Assembly (NCBI GenBank): GCA_002269645.1
Contig: NIVC01001563.1
Span: 62,001-126,000 of the forward strand
DNA from: Macrostomum lignano
Taxonomy: Eukaryota
Length of the DNA: 64,000 nucleotides
Direction: 5' to 3'
Under the pieces are notes generated by a model. It was not told where the DNA came from. It saw only the letters and a list, made by a program, of their open reading frames with translations, and searched no databases. Shown here piece by piece: positions 1-12,154 of this stretch (its first letter is position 1; each line of letters opens with the position of its first letter). The position numbers were made by a program, and so were the translations under genes.

Positions 1-492
1 ATCTACTGACCGCAATACTGAATCTACCGACTGCAGTACTGAATCTACCGACTGCAATACTGAATCTACCGACTGCAATACTGAATCTACCGACTGCAGT
101 ACTGAATCTACCGACTGCAATAATAAATCTATTGACCGCAATACTGAATCTACCGACTGCAGTACTGAATCTACCGACTGCAATACTGAATCTACCGACT
201 GCAATACTGAATCTACCAACTGCAGTACTGAATCTACCGACTGCAATACTTAATCTACTGACTGCAATACTGAATCTACTGACTGCAATACTGAATCTAA
301 CGACTGCAATACTGAATCTACCGACTGCAATACTGAATCTACCGACTGCAGTACTGAATCTACCGACTGCAATACTTAATCTACTGACTGCAATACTGAA
401 TCTACTGACTGCAATACTGAATCTAACGACTGCAATACTGAATCTACCAACTGCAATACTGAATCTACCGACTGCAATACTAAATCTACTGA
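1..492. repeat. 21-bp minisatellite (unit ~ACTGAATCTACCGACTGCAAT), runs off the left edge
   Basis: Direct tandem copies; explains the LNLPTAI-repeat ORF 132..530. Confidence 0.95.
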
Positions 493-1235
493 TCCCAATG
501 CTTGACACGAATGCACCAATAAAAGCTTAGATTCGGACGCATCTGATCCGATTTTAGCAGGAAGCAACTTCGTCAAACGCAAAGGGAATTTGTAAAGCTG
601 CAGACCCCCCAATAAACCGATTGTGTTGTATTTAGCCTGACTTGTATTTTTATTAGAATTGCGCTTTACTTTGCACACTGCGTTGGAAAATGTAAGCAAT
701 AAATACAAATATAAAGTGAGTAATTGTTTGTTTAGGCTTGTCATAAACAGTCTCGCGCGACAAAAAAATGTACCTTGAACCCGGGACTGGCATAGCAACA
801 TATTGGCAATATGAAGCATTTTATAATTGATAAATATTATTTATATTAGACTGTTCAAAATGGTGCTTTATTAATAACAACACGAGCCACACCTGCTCTA
901 ATAGCAGTAGTAACTGAAATATATAGGAATATGGGCAACCAACCCCCCCCCCCAAGATTCTGAATAATCAGAGACGTTACTACGGAACTTAATTGACAAT
1001 TAATTAGAGTTTTAAGCAGGATATTTAGAGAGGAACAGAGTTAAGTCTACTGTAAATAAACAGATCCCGCTTTTACAATATATACTAAACTAAAGAGAAC
1101 AAGAATTGGAGGGTAAAATAGGAAGAAGCGAACCTACAGATAGAAACTGTTCGTCATTCACTGGTGGCAGAGAATCAACAATGTCCATACAGAGACAGGC
1201 AGAGCAGGTACCCGGACAGGACAGGTCACCGAGGC

Positions 1236-4200
1236 TTAAAAATCGTCATAGTCATCTTCGCTCATCTCCTTGGCCGTCTCCAGTTCGGCGGCCTCGCGTT
1301 CGCGACGCTCCTCGGCGCTCTCCAGATCCTCGGTGTACTTCTTAGGCGGGTAGCGCATCGCTCGGACGGACTGCTCGCGGACCTGAGATGAGCCCGAGGG
1401 GGGGGGTGGGAGAGCTTTGTATGGGATTTAGAACGGGCATAGGCAACACAGAGGAACCAGAGTGACGATGCTGCAGCAGCACACAAAGGAGCCAGAGTGA
1501 TGGGGCTGCAGCATCACACAGAGAAGCCAGAATGATGGGCTGCAGCAGTACACAGAAGAGCCAGAGTAATGGGGCTGCAGCATCACACACAGAGGAGCCA
1601 GAGTGATGGGGCTGCAGCATCACACAGAGGAGCCAGAGTGATGGGGCTGCAGCATCACACAAAGGAGCCAGAGTGATGAGGCTGCAGCAGCACACAAAGG
1701 AGCCAGAGTGATGGGGCTGCAGCATCACACAGAGAAGCCAGAATGATGGGCTGCAGCAGCACACAAAGGAGCTAGAGTGATGGGGCTGCAGCATCACACA
1801 CAAAGGAGCCAGAGTGATGGGGCTGCAGCATCACACAGAGAAGCCAGAATGATGGGCTGCAGCAGTACACAGAAGAGCCAGAGTAATGGGGCTGCAGCAT
1901 CACACACAGAGGAGCCAGAGTGATGGGGCTGCAGCATCACACAGAGGAGCCAGAGTGATGGGGCTGCAGCATCACACAAAGGAGCCAGAGTGATGAGGCT
2001 GCAGCAGCACACAAAGGAGCCAGAGTGATGGGGCTGCAGCATCACACAGAGAAGCCAGAATGATGGGCTGCAGCAGCACACAAAGGAGCTAGAGTGATGG
2101 GGCTGCAGCATCACATAGAGGAGCCAGAGTGATGAGGCAGTAGCAGCAGGAGATAAAGTGATGGAGTGTGGTGGAGAACCAGCAGTACACAGGTGCCGAT
2201 CAATTCGGAGGCCTCACCTGCAGGCAGAAGTTGATCCGCTGCTGAAACTGGTCAGCAGGCTCGGCAGTGCCATAGAGATCGGCGGTCTCCCGGCTGCTCA
2301 AGGTGCCGGCCTTGTGATCGATGGTGGCCTCGATCACGCCATCGCGAATAGCCTTAGCGGCCACGTATTCGGCTTCCTCGGCCGAGTCCAGCTGCAGCTT
2401 GGAGGCCACGGCGACCAGGGAGATGCGGCTGTAGGACAGGGCAACCTGTCGGACGCCGACCTTGATGACATTGTGCCGCAGGCGGACGCACAGCAGCCAG
2501 GTGTTGTCGGCTTTGAAGCGGGCCGCATTATCGCGTAGTACGGTGTTGAATTCGGCCAGCCGGCCGGATCGGACTGCCTGGGTGAGGCGCAGGTAGGGCG
2601 CCAGCGGCCGGCGGAGGCCCTGCTCACGGAACGCCTGACGATCGGGGGTCTCGCCAATTAGAAGTTGCACCACCACCTGCAGAGTTGGATAAGTTAATAG
2701 CTTTCAATAAAAGTACTTTACTAAGAATCACAGTTACAGTATAAAGTGCTAGGGAGTACTGGGCAAGCCCAATCAAAAGAGAATCGCGTGACAAAAGTTG
2801 TCAGGAAGCTGTACACCAGATGGAAACGGTACCTAGGCCAACAAGCATCCCAGAGTCGTTTTAGAGTTGTTGCAGGTAACACAGGTAAAATAGGAAAGAA
2901 GTGACTCCAGACATCTCTAAAACGACATGCAAGATGTCACGGTACAAGTCGTCAAAAAGTCGTCAAAGAGTCGCCTAAGAGTCAATTTGAGGCGTTTTAT
3001 TGCCAGGGACTCAGAAACGACTTTGGGGCCGTAGAGTCGTTATCACTACGCTACATATCGGTAGTCAATAGTTATTTCTCAACAATGGCATGGACAGTAG
3101 GCAGTAACAAACCTGCAGTTTGGTGCAAATCTGCCGAAATCCCAGAGCCCGCTGACCGCTGGCAGCTTTGCGCAGCGCCTGCTGCAGGTGCTGGGCGGCC
3201 CGGCTGTACTGCAGTTGAGCGGCCCGAATCCGGCCCAGGTAGAAATGATACCTGGCCAGCTCGTGATTCGGCGCCAGCTCGGGAAAGGCGCACTTGTCAA
3301 CCAGCCTGGCGGCCTGGTCTAGCAGGCGGTCCATCAGGTAGGAGCGCAGCAGGCAGTTGGTGAGGGTGGCGCAGCCGTGCCAGTCCTGGCGCAGGGTGCA
3401 GGTGCGCAGCCGCTGCAGCATCTGGGGCCGCACGGTGGACAGCTGGCCGGCTAATTCGTGCGATCTGGCGTAATAGAAATAAGCCCGGGCGGTCAGCATG
3501 TCCAGGGTGCGCCTGTTGAACTGGCCGGTGCGTTGCCATAGCAACTGGGAACAGCTAACGGCCTCAGCCTGGCGATTCGAGTCGAGCAGGTGTAGCAGCA
3601 GCAATAGGTGAAGAAACACTTCCGTCTCTGGGAGCAGGCGGCGGGAGGCCTGAGCGCTCTGGCCTGTTCGGGGGAAGGGGGAGGTTTGCAGTTTGAAACT
3701 CTGCATAAAGGGTTTTACGTGAATATCACTCTGACTAGTGTGACCGTCGACGTGACACTCAAATGTGATAGTCTAATAAACAGTCACCAGTGTGACCGTC
3801 GCTGTGATAGTCGAATAAACAGTCACCAGTGTGACCGTCGATGTGACACTCAAATGTGACAGTCCCTCTTATACAGCTTGTATCCGGAAACTTAAAAAAC
3901 AACACACAGTCTCACCGGAACCGGAACTGGCAGCCGACAGGAAGGCCAGGAAGGCGTCTTTGCTGGGCGACACGCCGGGGAAGTAGGCCTGGGCCAGGCG
4001 GAGCAGCACGGCCTCGTTCAGGCGACGCCGGAGCGGCACCAGCGAGCGAACAGTTCGAGTCATAAACCGAGTCTCCTTGGTCTGCACAGCCTTCTCAATG
4101 TGCCGCACCTGCTCTTTGATGTCCTCGAGGGTCAGCGTGTCAGCGTCGGCCCTGGCCGCCTCGTCGTCACCCATTTCAACGTCCTCGTTGGTGGCAGCCG

Positions 4201-4267
4201 TCTTCGCCACCGAAGCCGCCTGTTGCTGCTGCTGCGTCTTTTTTAATTCGCCGTTTGGGGTGCCCAT
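1236..4267 (-). CDS. PSMD3: 26S proteasome lid subunit Rpn3/PSMD3; exons 4267-3916, 3663-3113, 2676-2218, 1382-1236 (502 aa)
   Basis: All introns are GT-AG and phases close (1,0,0). Motifs [73 protein letters not shown] and C-terminal [22 protein letters not shown]...[10 protein letters not shown] match the PSMD3 family (PCI domain plus Rpn3 C-terminus). Confidence 0.95.
1445..2150. repeat. ~32-34-bp minisatellite (GAGCCAGAGTGATGGGGCTGCAGCATCACACA) filling PSMD3 intron 3
   Basis: Direct tandem copies between the donor at 2217 and the acceptor at 1383. Confidence 0.95.
2810..3040 (+). mobile_element. Dispersed repeat (SINE-like body) in PSMD3 intron 2; homologous, inverted, to ~46590-46800
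   Basis: Reverse complement shares colinear blocks with the second copy, e.g. GTCTGGAGTCACTTCTT vs GTCTGGACTCACTTCTT (46724) and GGCAATAAAACGCCTC vs GGCAATAAAACATCTC (46648). Confidence 0.7.
3735..3860. repeat. Short ~38-bp tandem repeat (CAGTGTGACCGTCG... core) in PSMD3 intron 1
   Basis: About three imperfect copies. Confidence 0.75.
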
Positions 4268-4386
4268 ATTGCTTTCTGTTGTGACTGTAGTCTGGCTTGC
4301 AGGAGGGAACTGAGCCGAGCATGCAGAATGGGGAAGCTAATGCCGGTGACGATGGTGCTGTATCTGGTTAGCCCACTTATCTAAGA

Positions 4387-4389
4387 GTG

Positions 4390-4456
<67 letters not shown>

Positions 4457-4529
4457 CTCTATCTATCTATCTATCTATCTCTCTATCTATCTATCTATCT
4501 ATCTGTCTTTCTATCTATCTATCTATCTC

Positions 4530-4580
<51 letters not shown>

Positions 4581-4701
4581 CTCTATCTATCTATCTATCT
4601 ATCTGTCTTTCTATCTATCTATCTATCTCTCTATCTATCTATCTATCTATCTATCTCTCTATCTATCTATCTCTCTATCTATCTATCTATCTATCTATCT
4701 C

Positions 4702-4740
<39 letters not shown>

Positions 4741-4745
4741 GTCTT

Positions 4746-4834
<89 letters not shown>

Positions 4835-4843
4835 GTATCTATG

Positions 4844-4887
<44 letters not shown>
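4387..4887. repeat. (TATC)n microsatellite, ~500 bp, directly upstream of PSMD3
   Basis: Direct observation; periodic TCTGTCTT and TCTC interruptions. Confidence 0.98.
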
Positions 4888-5629
4888 CCTTTATCTTATG
4901 TACCTATCTAGCAATCTATTTATTTATTATTTGTTGGATGAGCTCATTAAATCAAGTCTCTAGAACAAGGCACAACAGTCGAGTTGCAATAAATTCGATA
5001 TTTTCACCAGTCAGTTATTGCAAAATTGATTACAGCGGCAAGGCAGAGAAATTTGCAGATGAAAGTTGGTCAAGATTTATAAATACCGGATATGCAGCAT
5101 GGCAGTGCAATACTGTGTAAATAAATATGTACAACTTTAGCATCGAGCAACAAGAATTAACCATATGCATATAATAAGCGTTGTTTCTAGCAGGTAAAAA
5201 TAAGCTGAAGAAATTCGGTACTATTCAATTCAAAGCAGACAAGCAAGAAATAAGCAGAGCAAACTGGCAATATAAGCGAGTGAGTCAGAAACAGATCACT
5301 AATAAATAACCGATTGACAACACTGAAAATATGGCAAATCAATGGCCAATGACAGCAATTAGTAGAGCTACTATATAAGTATCGATAACGTCAATTAAAA
5401 AATCAGCAAACTAGTCATGGTGGTTTCGTGGCTGCTGTTTCTTCTTCTTCAAGAACCCGCTGTACACAATTGAAGAAGAAATGAAATGAATTGTTCGAAT
5501 CTAATAAAGCACTACTAGGAGCTATTTAGTAAATACCAAAGCTTGTGAAAGATGCTATTATCATATGTGATAATGATGAGATTGTATGATTAGAAATTAC
5601 CATGCGAGCGGTGTGTGACTAAGACATTA

Positions 5630-5885
5630 AGACAGACAGTAAGACAGACAGGCAGACAGACAGACACTAACAGACAGACACTGAGACAAGGCAGACAGAC
5701 ACTAAGACAGACAGGCACTAAGACAGACAGACACTAAGGCAAACAGACAGACAGACAGGGCAGACACTAATACAGACAGACACTGAGACAAGGCAGACAC
5801 TAAGACAGACAGACAGACAGACACTAACAGACAGACAGGCAGACAGGCAAGACACCAAGACAGACAGACACTAAGACAGGCACTA

Positions 5886-5946
<61 letters not shown>

Positions 5947-6055
5947 CTTAAACAGGCAGACACTAAGACAGGCACTAAGACAGACAGGCACTAAGACAGG
6001 CAGACACTAAGGCAAACAGACAGACAGACAGACAGACATGCAGACACTAAAGAAA
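5630..6055. repeat. (AGAC)n-derived compound microsatellite
   Basis: AGAC runs with ACTAAG/AGGC interruptions. Confidence 0.95.
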
Positions 6056-6974
6056 CATAGTCCATTCGAAGACTAACGATACACATATAGTATTACTAGT
6101 AGTATTTATAACACATCTGCTAATTTCTGAATCCTAAAATCGATTACATAAAACTACGAAGCGCTTAGTGGTTTTTCAAAACCGAATTTAAGCTCAAGGC
6201 AGTAAAAAGTCACTTTAGACAAAACAGAATTTCTAGGAATGAACAAATCTGAACTTTGCACACTGCAAATTCTATGTACAGTAAAACATTATAGCAATTC
6301 AATGCTTATAGTCTGGGCATGATATCAACCAACAAAGCATCTGTAGCCCATGAGACAAGTGACGGACGAGCGCAAAAACGCACACCTTTGAAAATCATAT
6401 TTTTTTGTAAACCGGAGCTAGGCAAGAGAGAAAAGATAAATCCATAACTATATTTTAGTGACTAAAACACTGAGCGATAATATAATATGTCCCGAATACA
6501 TTTGGTTCGCATGCATTAGGTGAATACACGAGATGGATTGAGGGATTTATTTATCACCGGTGGGAGGGGAAGGGCATATATCCCAATCGAAAAATGTGCG
6601 AAAAATGGAGCTGGGCATAAAAATACTGCCAAGTCTGATAGAACAAACTCAAATAGATTACACGCCACTATTAACTTAGTTATTAATCTACTTGTGCATT
6701 AAAAACTTTACCTTATAAGCACAAATATTATGCATTAACTAGTATTTAAACAGACGTACAAAAAGGATTAAATTTGCGTGCGCCCAAATACCGCTACTTA
6801 GTAGGGTAGTGCGCATTTTGCCGTAAAAAAATAATTGTTTACTTAAGCTTAGGTCGGAAGCAGTGGGAATAATGTAAAAATGGAGTATGATGTATTAACA
6901 AGCAGTGAGTTTGAGTCTTTTCGCTAGCCTTAGGTTCCTTAGCTTGAATGCGTTATGCATAGAAACAGTTAGAT

Positions 6975-7375
6975 GGCGATTCCACATGGGTTTAAAGGGC
7001 GATTCCACATTGGTTTAGAGTGCGATTCCACGTGGGTTTAGAGGGCGATTCCACGTGGGTTTAGAGGGCGATTCCACCTGGGTTTAGAGTGCGATTTCAC
7101 GTGGGTTTAGAGTGCGATTCCACCTGGGTTTAGAGTGCGATTCCACCTGGGTTTAGAGTGCGATTCCACCTGGGTTTAGAGTGCGATTCCACCTGGGTTT
7201 AGAGTGCGATTCCACCTGGGTTTAGAGTGCGATTCCACCTGGGTTTAGAGTGCGATTCCACCTGGGTTTAGAGTGCAATTCCACGTGGGTTTAGAGTGCG
7301 ATTCCACCTGGGTTTAGAGTGCGATTTCACCTGGGTTTAGAGTGCGATTTTACCTGGGTTTAGAGAGCGATTCTA
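6975..7375. repeat. 23-bp minisatellite (GCGATTCCACCTGGGTTTAGAGT)
   Basis: About 17 direct tandem copies. Confidence 0.95.
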
Positions 7376-7522
7376 CAAGGGCTTATTACCCGTAAAGGGC
7401 GATTTTATGTAAAAGAATTTAGAATGCGATTGGACAGAGTATAAAATCATGTCACCCAATACTACACAATGATATTGTATAAAGGACTTTAAAAATCATA
7501 AGCCATATATTATCCAGCCAAA

Positions 7523-9626
7523 TCAGTCAGACTTTGTAGACACAGTGGAAGCGGCGGCCGGGGATGCGCCGGGACTATAGAGGAACACCCTGGCCCATTG
7601 CTGCTGTTGTACGTCTGGCCAAACTTTCCGCGCAAAATGATTGACAACGCAGAGCGCAGTGGCGCAAGCGAAAACCAGGTCGTAAATGAGAATCAATGGC
7701 AGATTATCTAGCCAATAGTCTGACGCGGAGTCGAACGTGCCAAGCAGCGAGAAAGTGGTAATACCCAACAGGCGAGCCTGCAGCGGCAGAGCCGAAGCGC
7801 TCAGCAATAGGCAGAACGCATTGAGCAGCATGTGCATCAGAGGCGTGTCGCGAGGTCGCAGAGCGCGCCGCTTCATCGGGCCCAAAGAGTAGAGGCCCGT
7901 GAGGCTGCATGCGAGGCTGTGCAGCACCAGTGCGGTCTGCAGCAGGGCGCCCAGGCCGCCTAAAGAGGACAGGGAGCGAACGCCGAAGCTGAAGGCTGCT
8001 CCGTGCAGATGATGCTGGTTTTGATGAAGCGAATCGGCCTGCTGATGCTGAGTTAAGCCGGCGGCCAGTCGGAGCAGATGATGAGCAATAAAAAGAAATT
8101 CTAACAAAGTTAGAAGCAGACTGCAGCACAACAGAGCCAGGTGGCCAAGCAGTCTGGCAGGTGAGAACACGGCCATCTGCTGGGCTGCTGAAGCATTCAC
8201 CTGTTGCTGCTGCTGAGGTCCGATTCGCAGGCAAAACTCGGAGGGCGCTGTAGCCCGGTGCAGCTGTTCCAGTTGGCTGCGCAGCCGATCGTTCGGACGG
8301 TTGGCCAGGCGGGCCTTCAACTGGGCGCTGGCGCCGCGGAATGCGAATAGCAGCAGGTAGACGTGGCCCATTGGGGTGCACAGCAGCAGCAGCAGCACTG
8401 AGCAGAATGACACCAGCGAGAATAGGGCTGGCAAATATACCTGCGGGTGTGGGATGGAGAGGCTGGTTGCTGTAGATACTTGGGATGAGCAAGACTGGAG
8501 AGCGCTGTTGGTGACGCTATTGGGAGCATTGTTGGTGACGCTATTGGGAGCACTGTTGGTGACGCTATTGGGAGCACTGTTGGTGACGCAACTAGGAGCA
8601 CTGTTGGTGACGCAACTAGGAGCACTGTTGGTGACGCAACTAGGAGCACTGTTGGTGACGCAACTAGGGGCACTGTTGGTGACGCAACTAGGAGCACTGT
8701 TGGTGACGCAACTAGGAGCACTGTTGGTGACGCAACTGGGAGCACTGTTGGTGATGCTATTGGGAGCACTGTTGGTGATGCTATTGGGAGCACTGTTGGT
8801 GACGCTATTGGGAGCACTGTTGGTGATGCTATTGGGAGAAATGTTGGTGATGCTATTGGGAGCAATGTTGGTGACGCTATTGGGAGCATTGTTGGTGACG
8901 CAACTGGGAGCGCTGTTGGTGATGCTATTGGGAGCAATGTTGGTGACGCTATTGGGAGCAATGTTGGTGACGCTATTAGGAGCATTGTTGGTGACGCAAC
9001 TGGGAGCGCTGTTGGTGACGCTACTGATTAGGAACATATCAATAACTTACCCGCCACAGGTCCAGAAAGGAGCCATGCCAGAAGAATGCAAACAGGGTAG
9101 TGCCCAGACCGAACAGTACAACGCACAGCAAACAAAAAGTGCACAATGTCTCGTAGAATCTAGCCAGCAAGCCGGGCCTAGAGCCGGGATAGCCTTGGCT
9201 TTCAGAGAACAAATAAGCAAATGGCAGTAGTAAAAAGATGCACAGATTAGCGCTTAGGCTAACCCAGCGCCACAGCTGCAGCACTAGGGTGCCAGTCAGC
9301 CATTGCATGTAAAATGAGTCCGGATAGGCCAATTTCACTTCGTTGCTAATCACCGATAGCGGCAATAGTAGCACTGTTGCTATGGCAACAGCTAGGCTCA
9401 GAGTGCAGACTAACAAAGTAACGGTGTCAACAATGCGCTCCTCGTTGTCCAATCGCAGCAGTTCTGGATCGGCTCGCCGGCAATGCGACAGAGCCTGATA
9501 GGCCAGCAGGAAGAGGACCACAAACAGCAGGCTGCTGATGAGCAGGTCGCGAACGGCTGCGTCGAATAGCTGCGCCTCGGCGCTTGGCGGCGACTCTTCA
9601 CGCGGCTCTTCCCATGGGCCTTGCAT
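7523..9626 (-). CDS. LMBR1: LMBR1/LIMR-family multipass membrane protein; exons 9626-9051 and 8440-7523 (497 aa)
   Basis: Phase-0 intron (GTAAGT...CCCGCAG) joins LWR|VYLP. Motifs VLLLPLSVISNEV, FYMQWL, NLCIFLLLPFAYLFSESQG, LLLLLCTPMG and SALPLQARLLGITTFSLLGTF fit LMBR1/LMBR1L; the two cannot be distinguished here. Confidence 0.9.
8500..9025. repeat. 24-bp minisatellite (GGGAGCACTGTTGGTGACGCTATT) filling the LMBR1 intron
   Basis: About 22 tandem copies; source of the NSAPSCVT-repeat ORF extension. Confidence 0.95.
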
Positions 9627-10275
9627 GAGCCAGCGGCCTGCAAGTTAGCGAATTGTGGCTGCGTTATGGGGGGAGGGGCGATTTTCGGATGGTAAAGAAA
9701 AATATTGCCACTACGTTATGAAGCCTTAAAAAACAAAAATCACAAAAATACACAGGTTGCTGATACCACGAAAAGTACGCATACTAGTTTTATTTTAGAG
9801 TTTTAATACACTAGCCAAACTGGTAAGAATTGAATAGGCTAACAATTATAACTGTCCCAAAAAATGACGGACGAATGCAATGCGCCATGTCTGTCTGCCA
9901 ATTGAAATTACATTATGACTAATACGCTCGTAAATACACTTACACACTAAATAGTAAGGAGCATAATATCATAGCTGATTTTTCTAAGATGTCGCTTATA
10001 AAAGCCGTGACCTGTTTTTGTATCACGGATTTTAATTAGTACGCAAAACGTTTCGGAGCCAAATAAAAATGATAACTAATTATTAATCTAAAATTTGACA
10101 TGATTTGACAAAGTTTTAAGCTGTAGAATTAAAACCAAACCAGCTAACCGTTCTTCATTTACACCGTATATTATTAAGAATGAGGAACTGCAATCCAAAC
10201 TGGAATAGTGGGATTTGCTTTTAAAGGCTTGACTATCAGACTGAAAGAATTTGGAGATCTCAGTGACAAAGGTTA

Positions 10276-10489
10276 TTGTCTACCTACCTACCTATCTATC
10301 TGTCTACCTACCTACCTATCTATCTGTCTACCTACCTACCTATCTATCTGTCTACCTACCTACCTATCTATCTGTCTACCTACCTACCTATCTATGTCTA
10401 CCTACCTACTTACCTATCTAACTATCTATCATCTATCTATCTATCTACCTATCTATCTATCTATCTACCTACCTATCTAACTATCTATC

Positions 10490-10537
<48 letters not shown>

Positions 10538-10538
10538 C

Positions 10539-10593
<55 letters not shown>

Positions 10594-10623
10594 CTCTATC
10601 TATCTATCTACCTACCTATCTAA

Positions 10624-10676
<53 letters not shown>

Positions 10677-10736
10677 CATCTATCTATCTATCTATCTATC
10701 TATCTCTCTACCTATCTATCTATCTATCTATCTATC

Positions 10737-10802
<66 letters not shown>

Positions 10803-10810
10803 AATCTATC
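10276..10810. repeat. (TACC)/(TATC)n compound microsatellite between ZRANB2 and LMBR1
   Basis: Direct observation. Confidence 0.97.
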
Positions 10811-11176
10811 AAGACTTTTCGCTTTTCAAATGATCGACGGAGCTTATTTGTTTCATACTATCCATATCAAAAAAACGAAGAATAAATTCTAAGTACTTCA
10901 TAAATGAAGAACTCTAATGGATTATCTGCGAATTGTTTTGGTGAAATTCCTCAGAATTTCCACCCCCTGTTATCAATATTTCCAGACTGTCGAGATTTCA
11001 GTCTGGTCCTGAATTTACGCTCCCTGGTCAGTCCCTATCCTATTAAGAAGCAATTTTCAGTGATCATTCGCTCCCTATTGAGCCGGCAAAAATTCCCGCA
11101 GGGAACAAACAGAGCAGGAAAAACGCAACTAGAAATGTAAATAGTTTTAATGCTTTTAATTCCAGTTGACAAATGA

Positions 11177-12154
11177 TTATTGCTTGGATTTGGTCTTGGA
11201 AGGCGACGACGATGTCGAAAAATCGCCGTTATCGCGTCGACGCCGCTTCTCGGCACTGCCGCCGCCTCCAGAGGACTTCGATGACGATGAAGATGAAGAT
11301 GAAGTATCTGAATTCGATGAAGAGGAGGAGGCTGAGCGAGACCTGGGCGCTGTTGCCGGTTCCCGTTTCCGGTCGTCGCTACTCGCAGCCGGCTTAGCGT
11401 CGCCGTCCTCCGCCCACAGATTGTACTTTGCCAGATCGCCTTCGTCGTCGTCCTCTTCCTCGTCTGCAGCTTCCTCTTTATTCTCTTCATCTCGCCGATC
11501 GTACGCTTTGTCAGCTTTGCCTTTGCCTCGTCCATCATCGTAATCTCGTTTCGAGCTCGACGAAGCGGTCTCGGCCGGCGCCGAAGTCAAGCCTCTGTAG
11601 CGTTTCTTTTTCCGGCCAAATTCGTCGTATTCGCCGTCCGATCCGGCGTCGTCGTCGATGGCGCGCCGGCGCCGGCGCTGCTCATCATCGTTGCGCTCCA
11701 TGTAGCCGCCGCCTAGGCCGGTGCGCTGGCCCAATTGTTGAGTGTCGCGCGACGTATTGCACACGTTGCAGATATTCCGCCTGGCCCAGTTGATGTTGCC
11801 GCAGCTGCGACAGTTCCAATCGTCCGGGCTAAACAAGCCTTTGCTTTTCTCGGCCATTTGCCGGCCAATCTCGGACGATTGGCGAGAGCCGCTCCGGCTG
11901 CCGCTGCTACTGCCGTGACGGTCACCGTGACGGTCGCCGTGACGGTCGCCGTGCCGGTCGCCGTGCCGGTCGCCATACCGGTCGCCATGCCGGTTGCTAT
12001 GCCGGTCGCGGTCGCCGCTGCTGCCATCGCCGCCGCCGACGCCACGCGGCTTGCCGCACCGGTTGCAACGGTCCCGCTTAGCGTAGTTCACGTTGCCGCA
12101 TTTGGCGTCCGGGCAGCGCCAGTCGTCCCGTTTTGGCACGAATTTGCCGGACAT
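11177..12154 (-). CDS. ZRANB2: Zinc finger Ran-binding domain protein 2-like splicing factor (325 aa, uninterrupted ORF)
   Basis: Two RanBP2-type C4 fingers (DWRCPDAKCGNVNYAKRDRCNRC; DWNCRSCGNINWARRNICNVC), then family motifs RTGLGGGYMER, GEYDEFGRKKKRYRG and DDDEGDLAKYNL. Confidence 0.92.
   Translation of the reverse strand: MSGKFVPKRDDWRCPDAKCGNVNYAKRDRCNRCGKPRGVGGGDGSSGDRDRHSNRHGDRYGDRHGDRHGDRHGDRHGDRHGSSSGSRSGSRQSSEIGRQMAEKSKGLFSPDDWNCRSCGNINWARRNICNVCNTSRDTQQLGQRTGLGGGYMERNDDEQRRRRRAIDDDAGSDGEYDEFGRKKKRYRGLTSAPAETASSSSKRDYDDGRGKGKADKAYDRRDEENKEEAADEEEDDDEGDLAKYNLWAEDGDAKPAASSDDRKREPATAPRSRSASSSSSNSDTSSSSSSSSKSSGGGGSAEKRRRRDNGDFSTSSSPSKTKSKQ

Noticed and set aside
132-819. ORFs 132..530 and 376..819
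   Set aside because: Frames through the 21-bp minisatellite. The unique part (490-620) could be a small exon of a gene off the left edge, but I cannot support it.
3664-3706. ORF start [14 protein letters not shown] and the acceptor at 3701 for PSMD3 exon 2
   Set aside because: Phase 0 does not fit the phase-1 GTGAGA donor at 3915. The acceptor at 3664-3665 has a pyrimidine tract and the right phase.
4387-4911. SIYL-repeat ORFs here and at 10208..10623
   Set aside because: Translations of (TATC)n microsatellites.
6975-7375. CRISPR-like appearance of this and other regular arrays (24690, 40565, 42140, 49240, 59375)
   Set aside because: Units are contiguous with no unique spacers, there are no cas genes, and the context is eukaryotic.
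8317-9230. Mucin-like N-terminus of ORF 7523..9037 and ORFs 8317..8985 and 8376..9230
   Set aside because: They read through the 24-bp intronic repeat; LMBR1 homology resumes exactly at the 8440 acceptor.
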